Assembly (NCBI GenBank): GCA_036264355.1
Contig: DATARD010000198.1
Span: 15,565-79,564, forward strand
Length of the DNA stretch: 64,000 nt
From: Thermoanaerobaculia bacterium
GTDB lineage: Bacteria; Acidobacteriota; Thermoanaerobaculia; Multivoradales; UBA5704
Direction: 5' to 3'
The notes beneath the pieces are model-generated. The model did not search any database. It was not told where the DNA came from and was given only the letters and a program-made list of their open reading frames with translations. This document shows, one piece after another, positions 48,567 through 56,642 of this stretch. Both the position numbers and the translations under genes were made by a program. Numbering within the stretch: the first letter of the stretch is position 1; the number at the start of each line of letters is the position of its first letter.

Positions 48567-49904
48567 ATGACCATCTCAAGAAACGTCTACGCCGCCGCGC
48601 TCATGAGCGTGGCGTTCGCGAGCATGCCGCTCGCCGCCGCCACCACGATTCGTGAGTTCGTGGTCCCGACCGACAGCTTCGACTTGACAGCGGGAGCGGA
48701 TGGAGCGGTGTGGTTCACGATATCCGATGCAACGGCTTTGGGCCGGCTCTCCACGGACGGCACATACCGAACTGTCGATTTGCCTGCTCCGTCGGTGCCG
48801 TTCGAAGACTTAGGGCTGCTGGGAATCACCTTGGCACCCGACGGGAGCCTCTGGGCGGCAGCTCCGCTTCGCAATTCTGTGTTCCGCCTTTCACTCGCTG
48901 GCGTCACCTCACAGTTTCAGACGCCAAACCTCTCTCCATCCGCTGTAACGACGGGACCGGATGGCAACGTTTGGTTCTCTGCGCCGCACACCGTTGGGCG
49001 GATTACCAATAGTGGGCAGATAACTCTCTTTGGTGTTCCGAACAACTTGGCCGTCGGTCACATCACGGCCGGCCCGGACGGCAACTTGTGGCTGGCCGAG
49101 AAGAACGCCAATAAAGTCGCTCGCGTCACCCTAACTGGTGATGTCACCGAATTCACTCTGCCGCACCCCGGAAGCAGCCCTCTTTCAATCACTCCAGGCT
49201 TCAACAACGATCTCTGGTTCACGGAAGCGGATGGCAACCGGATCGGGCACATAACAACGAGCGGTGCCATCACGGAATATGACCTCCCTCATCCGAGCTC
49301 TCAGCCGGTTACGATCGTCAAGGCGCCGGACGGCAACCTGTGGTTTACGGAGTACGCGGGGCGCATTGGCCGCATCACACCCCAGGGTGTGGTCACGGAG
49401 ATCACTGTTCCCGTGCCAACGGTGAAGCCTGCTGCGCTTGCGGTCGGGCCGGATGGCAATCTCTGGTTCACCGAAACTCAGGGCATCAGCATCGGCCGCG
49501 TCACCCTCGGCGGCACGCCAGGTCCCTGCGTTCCCGGCGACACCGTGCTCTGCATCGACGACACTCCCGGTGACCGGCGCTTCAAGGTGGAGGTGGAATA
49601 TTCGACGACGCAGGGCGGCGGGTTGGCCGGCAGTGCTCATGCCGTTCCGCTCGCGAGCCTGGACGTCAACCGCGGCGGTCTTTTCTGGTTCTTCAGTCAG
49701 GACAACCCGGAGCTGCTGGTGAAGGTGCTCGATGGCTGCGCCGACAACGGACACCGCTGGGTGTTCCTCTCCGGCGGCACCAATGTGGGGCTTATCGCAA
49801 CGGTCGCGGACACGGTGACCGGCGAGGTCCATACGTATTACAACCGCGACGTGACGCCGTTTGCGCCGGTGCAGGACACCAAGGCGCACGCCTGCGTGCC
49901 GTAA
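48567..49904 (+). CDS. secreted Vgb-like beta-propeller protein with a C-terminal Cys-bracketed beta domain
   Basis: ATG at 48567. Signal peptide MTISRNVYAAALMSVAFASMPLAAA. Repeats GPDGNLWFTE x5-6. Tail CVPGDTVLCIDDTPGDRRFKVEVEY…FWFFSQDNPELLVKVLDGC…. Confidence 0.8.
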   Translation: MTISRNVYAAALMSVAFASMPLAAATTIREFVVPTDSFDLTAGADGAVWFTISDATALGRLSTDGTYRTVDLPAPSVPFEDLGLLGITLAPDGSLWAAAPLRNSVFRLSLAGVTSQFQTPNLSPSAVTTGPDGNVWFSAPHTVGRITNSGQITLFGVPNNLAVGHITAGPDGNLWLAEKNANKVARVTLTGDVTEFTLPHPGSSPLSITPGFNNDLWFTEADGNRIGHITTSGAITEYDLPHPSSQPVTIVKAPDGNLWFTEYAGRIGRITPQGVVTEITVPVPTVKPAALAVGPDGNLWFTETQGISIGRVTLGGTPGPCVPGDTVLCIDDTPGDRRFKVEVEYSTTQGGGLAGSAHAVPLASLDVNRGGLFWFFSQDNPELLVKVLDGCADNGHRWVFLSGGTNVGLIATVADTVTGEVHTYYNRDVTPFAPVQDTKAHACVP

Positions 49905-49911
49905 AAACCAC

Positions 49912-49940
49912 AAAGGCCCCGGCATTGCGCCGGGGCCTTT
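49912..49940. terminator. bidirectional stem-loop terminator between convergent genes
   Basis: Perfect 12-bp stem aaaggccccggc / gccggggccttt with loop attgc. A-run upstream, T-run downstream. Confidence 0.7.
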
Positions 49941-50002
49941 CTCCGTCAAATCACTTCACAACAGGGTGGCCGCCGTGGACACCCCAGATTCACTCGTCCG
50001 TG

Positions 50003-50464
50003 CTACGAAGCCGCCGCCGGCACTTCCTTCTTGAGAAGCTCCACTTCCTTCTTGAGAAGATCATTCTCCTGCTTTTGCAGCTCCGCTTCCTGCGCCTTCA
50101 AGGCTTCTTCCTGCGCCTTGAGCTGCGCCGCCTTGCGCGCGCCGCGCTTGCGGAGCGGGACCACCTGGAACGAGGAGAGCTTTTCGTTCCGCGACCCGAG
50201 CTTGAACTTCGCCGCGCTTTGAAGCTGGAAGGCCGCGTTCTGGGCCTGTTCGAGGGCCGTCCTCATGTCCTGCGTCGCGGCTTGCCGGTCTCCCCGGAGA
50301 GCATCCTGCCGCGACTTGGCGTCTTCCGCGGCGGTCAGCGCCGCTTCCAGGGTCGCCACCTGCGCCGTGACGTCCGGCAGCACGGCCGCGTTTTCCTTCA
50401 CTGCCACCACTAGACGCCGCAGGCCGGTGATGAAGACGGGATAGTTCTTGATGTTCGGTGTCAT
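50003..50464 (-). CDS. hypothetical coiled-coil protein
   Basis: GGAGGAA upstream of ATG. C-terminal heptad-rich KAQEEALKAQEAELQKQENDLLKKEVELLKKE. 9-nt gap from the upstream gene. Confidence 0.55.
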   Translation of the reverse strand: MTPNIKNYPVFITGLRRLVVAVKENAAVLPDVTAQVATLEAALTAAEDAKSRQDALRGDRQAATQDMRTALEQAQNAAFQLQSAAKFKLGSRNEKLSSFQVVPLRKRGARKAAQLKAQEEALKAQEAELQKQENDLLKKEVELLKKEVPAAAS

Positions 50465-50473
50465 GGTTTCCTC

Positions 50474-50863
50474 CTAGACCAGGCTGGCGGCGAAATCGAG
50501 CTGTTCCCGGCCGATCACTCCGCTCCCCTCTCCGTAGGACGGCGCCAGCACGGTGATCACCACCCGGCTGCCGCTCAAACCGATCTGGACCGCCTGCCGG
50601 GTGCGCGCCGCCTCCCGCAGAACGAAGCTCGCGTAGTCCGTGGCACCGAACGGCGACGGCAAGGCCCGCGTCCGCCCGATCGCCTGTCCGCCCGACGCCA
50701 GGCTCCAGCCCGGCATCCTGCGGAGGCGGTCCTCCAGCCACTTCTGCTGCGCGCCTTCGATCGCGGCCGATGCGGCCGCGGCGAATTCGAATTGCACCCG
50801 CTCGGCCTTGAGGTCGAGCTCATCCTGGGGATCGCTCCCCACCTGCGTCTGCACATCACTCAT
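50474..50863 (-). CDS. hypothetical protein (weak resemblance to the pterin-4a-carbinolamine dehydratase/DCoH fold, without the catalytic His motif)
   Basis: GAGAG upstream of ATG. Pattern GWSLASGGQAIGRT…FGATDYASFVLREAA…VVITV resembles the DCoH layout. Low certainty on function. Confidence 0.5.
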   Translation of the reverse strand: MSDVQTQVGSDPQDELDLKAERVQFEFAAAASAAIEGAQQKWLEDRLRRMPGWSLASGGQAIGRTRALPSPFGATDYASFVLREAARTRQAVQIGLSGSRVVITVLAPSYGEGSGVIGREQLDFAASLV

Positions 50864-51029
50864 ACTGCTCTCTCCTTTTCGGAAAGCTCCGGGATCAGAA
50901 TTGACCTCGGAATCGTGAACCGGCTTTGTGGGCCGGGAACATCCGGGAAACCAAAGCGTAAACTTCTCGACAGCTTTCCGCGCCAGGATGTGCGCGCGTT
51001 CTCTGAAAGCTGTTCCGGGACTCTAAAAC

Positions 51030-52019
51030 CTAAACTTCAGACGCCAACTGCCGGAGCTGCTGCTCGATGCCATGGATCTGCAAAGATTCCGTGGAGCCTT
51101 CCGGCCAGCCGGCAGCGAACACCCGCAGACCCTCTTCGACCGCGGCCAGCGCCTGGTCCGGCTGGTCCATGGCGAGCAGCGCCACCGCGAGGCTCTGGAT
51201 GAGCCGGCTGGCGAGATCGGCGGTCAGGAACCGTCCGGACCGCCCCACCTGCTCCAGATCGGCGAGTGCGTCCAACGGCTCGCTGCTGTCGAGCGCGAGC
51301 GCGGCCCGTTCGAGGAGCACCGCGGCCTTCTCGCGTCCACAGCCGACCTCTTCATACAGCCGCGCCGCCCGGCCGAGCAGGCCCGCCGATTCGTCCCGCC
51401 GCAACTGGTCGCGGCGCAAGCGCGCCAGGGCGCACAGGTAGCCGGCCCGCTCGAGGGGGTCCGCGGCTTCGGTGACGAAACGCACCGCCTCGGCGAGCGC
51501 GGTCTCCGCATCGGCGAGCCGGCCCTCCGCGCGAGCCGCTTCGCCCACCTCGGACCACGCGCCGGTCCCGAGATCGGCCGCCCGCGCGTCCCCAGCCAAC
51601 ATCGCCGTGACGGCCTCCGCCAGCTCTCCCCGCTCCGGACCGCTGCGGCGCCTGGCCTCCTGGAGCAGCGCCTGCGCCAGGCGCAAGGAGCCGTCGTCCG
51701 CGTCCCGCTCCGCGATCCGCGCCAGGCGCTCGCGGTGCGGCAGGGCGAGCAGCTCGCCGAGCCCCGGCTCCGGCTCCTGCCGGAGAAGCCGCAGCTCCTC
51801 CCGGTGCGCCGCCACGCGCCGCAGCACACTCGCGTAATCGACCTCGCTGCGCGGACGCGGCGAGAACGTCCAGCCCTGCTGCTCGGCGGGCGCGAGCACG
51901 GCTTCCACGTCGACCTGGCAGACCACACAGCGGACGAGGTGGAGCACGAGCCCCGCCTCTTCGGTGTGCAGCTCGACCAGGAAGTCCCGCAACAGGTCGC
52001 TCTGGGGATGACTCTTCAT
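51030..52019 (-). CDS. soluble Zn-finger (HxxxCxxC, anti-sigma-like) + TPR-like helical repeat protein
   Basis: N-terminus LLRDFLVELHTEEAGLVLHLVRCVVCQ. The rest is Ala/Leu/Arg-rich helical repeats. Paralogous in layout to 52779..54140. Confidence 0.65.
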   Translation of the reverse strand: MKSHPQSDLLRDFLVELHTEEAGLVLHLVRCVVCQVDVEAVLAPAEQQGWTFSPRPRSEVDYASVLRRVAAHREELRLLRQEPEPGLGELLALPHRERLARIAERDADDGSLRLAQALLQEARRRSGPERGELAEAVTAMLAGDARAADLGTGAWSEVGEAARAEGRLADAETALAEAVRFVTEAADPLERAGYLCALARLRRDQLRRDESAGLLGRAARLYEEVGCGREKAAVLLERAALALDSSEPLDALADLEQVGRSGRFLTADLASRLIQSLAVALLAMDQPDQALAAVEEGLRVFAAGWPEGSTESLQIHGIEQQLRQLASEV

Positions 52020-52385
52020 GGGATGGGTCCTCGGTGGCCTTTCGTCAAAATTTTTTACAGGTCTATTCGTTCCTTACTGCGTAACTGTACGACCTGCCAC
52101 CATGGATGTCAAGAGTCATTTTCGCTCGCGGATCAACTTTCGACGCATGCCAAGGTGGCACCGCCTGAAATACGGCTCTTTCTCTCGGTTGCCATTCCCT
52201 CTTGCTGTCTCGTCTATCAGCGTCTATTTTACCGTATCAAGGTACTGCGAAGCGCGCGTGAGCCCGCGCCGTCTCCTCCAAAGACGAGCGGCCGGTTTGC
52301 CGATGCTTCACACTTCGGAGATACGATGAGCTCGCGAGACCCGCCAATCCCGGTCCGGACCTGGCGAGCTTTCAGGAGATTGACC

Positions 52386-52658
52386 ATGTCGTCCAGCTCG
52401 AAGATTGTCGTCCGGCGCGTTCTCGCCCTTCTCGTCCTCACCTTCGTCCTCGTGCCCGCCGTGCTCCCCGCGGCCGACAGCCACACACCCAAGACCGCAC
52501 CCGCGGCCTCTTTCTGGAGCCACCCCTTCGCGTCGCTCTGGAGCCTGGCCGTCCAGGCCGCCTGCACCCTCGACGGTGACCGCTGCCCGAAGCCCGTCAC
52601 CACCGGCGGCTGCGACAAAGGGATCTCCATTGATCCCAACGGTGGCTGCGCACAGTAG
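52386..52658 (+). CDS. small secreted peptide/protein with a 4-Cys C-terminal region
   Basis: AGGAGA 6 nt upstream of ATG. Leader MSSSSKIVVRRVLALLVLTFVLVPAVLPAADS. Tail AACTLDGDRCPKPVTTGGCDKGISIDPNGGCAQ. Alternative ATG at 52326. Confidence 0.5.
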   Translation: MSSSSKIVVRRVLALLVLTFVLVPAVLPAADSHTPKTAPAASFWSHPFASLWSLAVQAACTLDGDRCPKPVTTGGCDKGISIDPNGGCAQ

Positions 52659-52778
52659 CCCCGCCTCGCCGCAGGAGGTCTTTTCCGCGGGAATGCCTAC
52701 GTGTTCTCTCAATCGAGAACTCGCCGGAACGGAGATGTGAGACAATCCTCCTGACTGCAAACTTGGGGGAGCCCGCAC

Positions 52779-54140
52779 TTGAGCCATTTCACCGAGCAGG
52801 ATCTCCGGATGTTCGTCGCCGGCGCGCTTGACCTCGCGAGCCGCCGGCGCCTTCTCCACCACCTCGTCGCCGGCTGCGCCGAGTGCCGCGCCTCGGCCGG
52901 CTGGCTCGCGAGCCACCTGGATACGGACGAGGGACCACCCGCGGACCCGCCGCGCTACAAGGAGTCGGACTATGACGAGGTCGCCGCCCGCGTCCTCGCC
53001 ACGGCGCGGGCGAGCGGCGAGCGCGTCTTCCGCGAGCACCAGGCGCGGGAGAGCTTCCTCGCCGCCCTCCGCCCACTCCACCTGCCCTATGGAGAAGTTC
53101 TCGACCGCGTCGAGACGAGCGGCCTGCCCACCCGGGCCCGCGTCGACGCTCTGCTGGCGCTGAGCTTCGAGGAGCGGGCGCGCGATCCCTGGTGCATGCT
53201 CCAGTACGCCCTGGTCGCCCAGATCACCGCCGGCTCCCTGCCCCGGGCGAAAGACGCCCGGAGCTACTCGACGGCCGAAGCGGCCGACGTCCTGGCCCGG
53301 GCCTGGGGCGAGGTCGCGAACGCCTATCGGGTGAACGAAAAACTGCCCCAGGCCGCGCGCGCTCTCGCCCGGGCGGAGGCCGCGCGCACCGGCGGCTCTC
53401 AGGAGCCCATGCTCCACGCCCGCCTGCTCGACATCGAGGCCTCCCTGCGGACCGACCAGCGCCGCTACGACGAGGCGCGCCGCCTTCTCGATCAAGTCAT
53501 CGGGATCTACCAGGAGATCGGTGAGACGCATCTCGCCGGACGCGCTCTAATCAGCCGGGGGATTGGACTTCACTATGACGGAGAGAGCTCGGAGGCCGTA
53601 GCGCTATTGAGGAAGGGTCTTGACCTATTGGATGACCGGGACTCCCAAATGCTCGCGATGGCACGAAAGGCGCTCCTGGATGCCATGGCCGCGAACGGCG
53701 AGTACGCCGAGGCCGCGGAGCTGCTGCTCAAGAGCGGCCTGCGCGAGGCGTTCGCCACCGAGCCGGTGAGCTATCTGAAGGTACGCTGGCTGGAGGGCCG
53801 GATCTTCGCGGGCCTGGGCAAGCTCGACCGTGCCGCGACCGCTTTCGCCGCGGCCCGCGAGAGCTTCCTGGAGTATGGGCTCGAGTACGAGGGCGCCCTG
53901 GTGGGCCTGGAGTCCGCCGCCGTCCTCCTCCAGCAGAGCCGGCTGGACGAGGTCGAGGCGCTGGCGACCGAAGCGCTGGAGATCTTCGAGATCCTGGAGA
54001 TCCGGCGCGAAGCCGTGCGGGCCGTCGCCTACCTGCAGAAGGTCTGCGTCTCGCGTAAAGCCACGGTCGAGCTGGTGCGCGAGGTGGTCTCCTTCCTGGA
54101 GCGCCTCGAACGCCGGCCCAACCTGCGCTTCTTCTATTAG
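52779..54140 (+). CDS. soluble Zn-finger (HxxxCxxC, anti-sigma-like) + TPR protein
   Basis: TTG start after GGGGGAG (alternative ATG at 52809). LLHHLVAGCAECRA. Clear TPR-type repeats (AEAADVLARAWGEVANAYRVNEKLPQAARAL…). Confidence 0.7.
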   Translation: MSHFTEQDLRMFVAGALDLASRRRLLHHLVAGCAECRASAGWLASHLDTDEGPPADPPRYKESDYDEVAARVLATARASGERVFREHQARESFLAALRPLHLPYGEVLDRVETSGLPTRARVDALLALSFEERARDPWCMLQYALVAQITAGSLPRAKDARSYSTAEAADVLARAWGEVANAYRVNEKLPQAARALARAEAARTGGSQEPMLHARLLDIEASLRTDQRRYDEARRLLDQVIGIYQEIGETHLAGRALISRGIGLHYDGESSEAVALLRKGLDLLDDRDSQMLAMARKALLDAMAANGEYAEAAELLLKSGLREAFATEPVSYLKVRWLEGRIFAGLGKLDRAATAFAAARESFLEYGLEYEGALVGLESAAVLLQQSRLDEVEALATEALEIFEILEIRREAVRAVAYLQKVCVSRKATVELVREVVSFLERLERRPNLRFFY

Positions 54141-54195
54141 AGGCGCCTCACTCCCTCGGGGTGGGCGGCCGCCCTGCCCGCCCCCTCCCCGACTC

Positions 54196-54642
54196 TTACT
54201 CCGCCTTGCTCTTCGGCTCGGGCCCCCCGGTGACGAGCCGCTGCAGGGCGCGCCGCACCGCCGCTTCGACCACGTGGTCCAGCTCGCGGCTCATGCGCTG
54301 CTCCGACTCCTCGGCGTCCTCGGCGCCTTCGGTCTCCAGCAGCGCCTTCACCAGCGGATTGGTCGACCGCTTCTTGAGCCGGTACGCGAGAGAAAAGAAC
54401 TCCTCCGGCGTCAGCCCGATCGCCCCGGAGAGCATCAGGATGTAGCTCACCTGTGGCCGAACGGCCCCGGTCAGGATCTTGCTGATCATGGAGCTCCCCA
54501 AACCGAGCTCCGCCCCCAGCGTGCGCATGGACTTCTTGGACAGTCTCACCAGGCGGGAAAGAAGTTGCATCAAGCGCGCCGCCTCTGCCTCCGCCGCCTT
54601 CGCCAATTCAGTTTCTTGCATCCCAGTTTCGTGCGTCTCCAT
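54196..54642 (-). CDS. XRE-family HTH regulator
   Basis: LSKKSMRTLGAELGLGSSMISKILTGAVRPQVSYILMLSGAIGLTPEEFF. Paralog of the next gene. Start 54642 or 54621. Confidence 0.75.
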   Translation of the reverse strand: METHETGMQETELAKAAEAEAARLMQLLSRLVRLSKKSMRTLGAELGLGSSMISKILTGAVRPQVSYILMLSGAIGLTPEEFFSLAYRLKKRSTNPLVKALLETEGAEDAEESEQRMSRELDHVVEAAVRRALQRLVTGGPEPKSKAE

Positions 54643-54705
54643 AAGCGCCAGCCTATCACCTTTCGACGCGTGATGCGCCAAGTCTTAGCGTTTTGGCTCT
54701 CCAGA

Positions 54706-55062
54706 CTAAGAGCCGAGCCCCTGCAACAACGACCGGCGGACCGCCGCTTCGACCATCCGCTCAAGCTCCGCCGAATTCCGCCCGAGAGGATGGGTGTCGG
54801 TCTGCTTCTCGGCGGGATACGCGCGGGAAAAGAACTCCCGCGGGGTCAACCCGATCGCCGCGGCGATCGCCACCAGGTGCCAGGCATGCGGGCGGGTGTA
54901 GCCGTTAAGGATCTTGCTGATTGCGGAGCTCCTAACGCCGATCTTCTCGCCGATCACGCGCGTGGACATCCCGGACAGCCTCATCAGGCGGGCGAGAAGC
55001 TGCATCAAGCGAGCCGCCTCGTCTTCATTCCTCATCCACACTTTGATATCTTGCGTCGTCAT
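54706..55062 (-). CDS. XRE-family HTH regulator
   Basis: ATG at 55062. LSGMSTRVIGEKIGVRSSAISKILNGYTRPHAWHLVAIAAAIGLTPREFF. Confidence 0.8.
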   Translation of the reverse strand: MTTQDIKVWMRNEDEAARLMQLLARLMRLSGMSTRVIGEKIGVRSSAISKILNGYTRPHAWHLVAIAAAIGLTPREFFSRAYPAEKQTDTHPLGRNSAELERMVEAAVRRSLLQGLGS

Positions 55063-55180
55063 GGGGTTTAGTCTATCACAACTAGACCGCTTCGAGAAAC
55101 ACAGTGGACCTAAAAGCCATTCCAGACGACTCTCCCACGGTTGCGCCTGGGAAGGAAAGCCATAACCACGGCGCCGAGGC

Positions 55181-55495
55181 CACTGCGTACGACAGTGACG
55201 CAACGACGCACGACGGTCACGCCACTGCGCGCGACTCTCAGCGCATCACGTGCGACCGTCCCCGCACCGCGCACGACCGTCACTGCACCACGCGCGACTG
55301 TCACTGCACTGCGTGCGACTGTCACTGCACTTCGCACGACTGTCGCTGCACTGCGCACGACTGTCACTGCACTGCGTACGACCGTCGCTGCACTTCGCAC
55401 GGCTGTCACTGCACTTCGTACGACGGTCACAGCACTGCGCACGGCGGTGACGGCACTACGCTCTGCGGTGACGGCACTCCGCGCGACCGCCATGC
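55181..55495. repeat. tandem 21-nt repeat, 15 units (consensus cactgcgcacgactgtcactg)
   Basis: Units start every 21 nt from 55181 to 55475 with no length variation. The central units (55286-55411) are nearly identical. Five of six frames are open through it. Confidence 0.9.
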
Positions 55496-55548
55496 CCAAG
55501 ATCTGCTAATCTTCGACCCTTAACAGTTGGACCACCCAGGAGGTGACC

Positions 55549-55746
55549 ATGAGAAGGAAGCTTTTGGTGCTCGCTGGACTGCTTGGAATCTGTGTCTTCG
55601 GTATGCAAGTCCGTCCGGCGGCGGCCTTTACGTTCTGTAACGTTGGCTGTGACCCGGACGCGACCTGCGAATGCCCGGCGAACACGCTGAACCGGGGCGC
55701 GATCGTGGATTGCCCCACCTGGCACGCGGACTGTAATTTCCTCTGA
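55549..55746 (+). CDS. small secreted Cys-rich peptide (6 Cys in the predicted ~39-aa mature part)
   Basis: AGGAGG 5 nt upstream of ATG 55549. Leader MRRKLLVLAGLLGICVFGMQVRPAAA. Mature FTFCNVGCDPDATCECPANTLNRGAIVDCPTWHADCNFL. Confidence 0.65.
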   Translation: MRRKLLVLAGLLGICVFGMQVRPAAAFTFCNVGCDPDATCECPANTLNRGAIVDCPTWHADCNFL

Positions 55747-55809
55747 TCCCCAGACAAGACGGGGCGGCGCCCGGACGGGGCCGCCCTGCCGAGCCGGCTC
55801 CGCCACGCC

Positions 55810-56244
55810 TCACCGCGGCGTGGCGGCTTTGAGGCGAGGCAGGAGGCCGCGGATGCGCGCCATGAGGTCGTCGGCCGCGGTGCGGAAGGCGCGGAGCCTG
55901 GTCTCTTCGTCGCCTGCCACGGCGGAGGGATCGGGGATGCTCCAGTGGATGCGCTCGGGGGCGCCGGGAAAGAGGGGGCAGCTCTCGTTGGCGTTGTCGC
56001 ATACCGTGATCACGGTGTCAAATCTCTGCCCTGACAACTCGTCCATGTGTTTCGAGCGCTGGCCGCTGAGGTCGATCCCCCGCTCGGCCATCGCGGCGAT
56101 GGCGAGAGGATGGACCCGCGTCGCCACCGTTCCGGCGCTCGAGACCTCGACGTCGGCTCCGCCGAGATGGCGGAGGATGCCCTCGGCCATCTGAGAGCGC
56201 GCGCTGTTGTGGGTGCAGAGGAAGAGGACGCGGGAGCCGGCCAT
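55810..56244 (-). CDS. arsC: arsenate reductase, LMW-PTP / thioredoxin-coupled type
   Basis: P-loop [17 protein letters not shown] (CX5R), downstream Cys pair in [14 protein letters not shown] motif IPDP. Confidence 0.9.
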   Translation of the reverse strand: MAGSRVLFLCTHNSARSQMAEGILRHLGGADVEVSSAGTVATRVHPLAIAAMAERGIDLSGQRSKHMDELSGQRFDTVITVCDNANESCPLFPGAPERIHWSIPDPSAVAGDEETRLRAFRTAADDLMARIRGLLPRLKAATPR

Positions 56245-56306
56245 GATCCGGCAACCTACGTTGAAATCAAGTGGACTGCAAGAGGTAAGGGAGCGACAGG
56301 AAAAAA

Positions 56307-56627
56307 CTACACGCTTTGCGGCTCGAGGAGCAGAGAAAATGCAGAGGCGAGCCCCTCGGACGCCGCGGGCGGCTCGGCAGCGGGCACTGGAGCCGGCTCG
56401 GGGCTCGGCACCGGCTCGCGCCGGCTCAAGATGGTCTCGACTTGACTCTCCAGCCTCGCGACCCGCTGGTGAATCACGGTCAAGCGCTCCCTGGTCCGCC
56501 GAGACTCCTCCATGACTACGTCCAATTCCTTCAGGAGCTCTCGATGCTCCTTCAGAAGCTCGGTCCGGTCGTTCAAGGAAGCTCCGGCGTAAACATATAC
56601 GCTACCGCGCATGCAAGATTCGCGCAC
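56307..56627 (-). CDS. hypothetical coiled-coil / Pro-rich protein (doubtful)
   Basis: Starts 15 nt after the upstream stop. No clear SD. Helical [26 protein letters not shown], then a low-complexity tail. Confidence 0.3.
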   Translation of the reverse strand: MRESCMRGSVYVYAGASLNDRTELLKEHRELLKELDVVMEESRRTRERLTVIHQRVARLESQVETILSRREPVPSPEPAPVPAAEPPAASEGLASAFSLLLEPQSV

Positions 56628-56642
56628 GCCCGATCCGACGGC

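Noticed and set aside
55104-55523. ORFs through the 21-nt array: 55104..55523 +, 55141..55509 +, 55250..55450 + and 55110..55499 -, including a striking Cys/His heptad frame.
   Set aside because: Five frames are open only because the repeat unit lacks stops. No frame has the GC3 bias of neighbouring genes, and there is no convincing SD. Kept as a finding, not annotated as a CDS.
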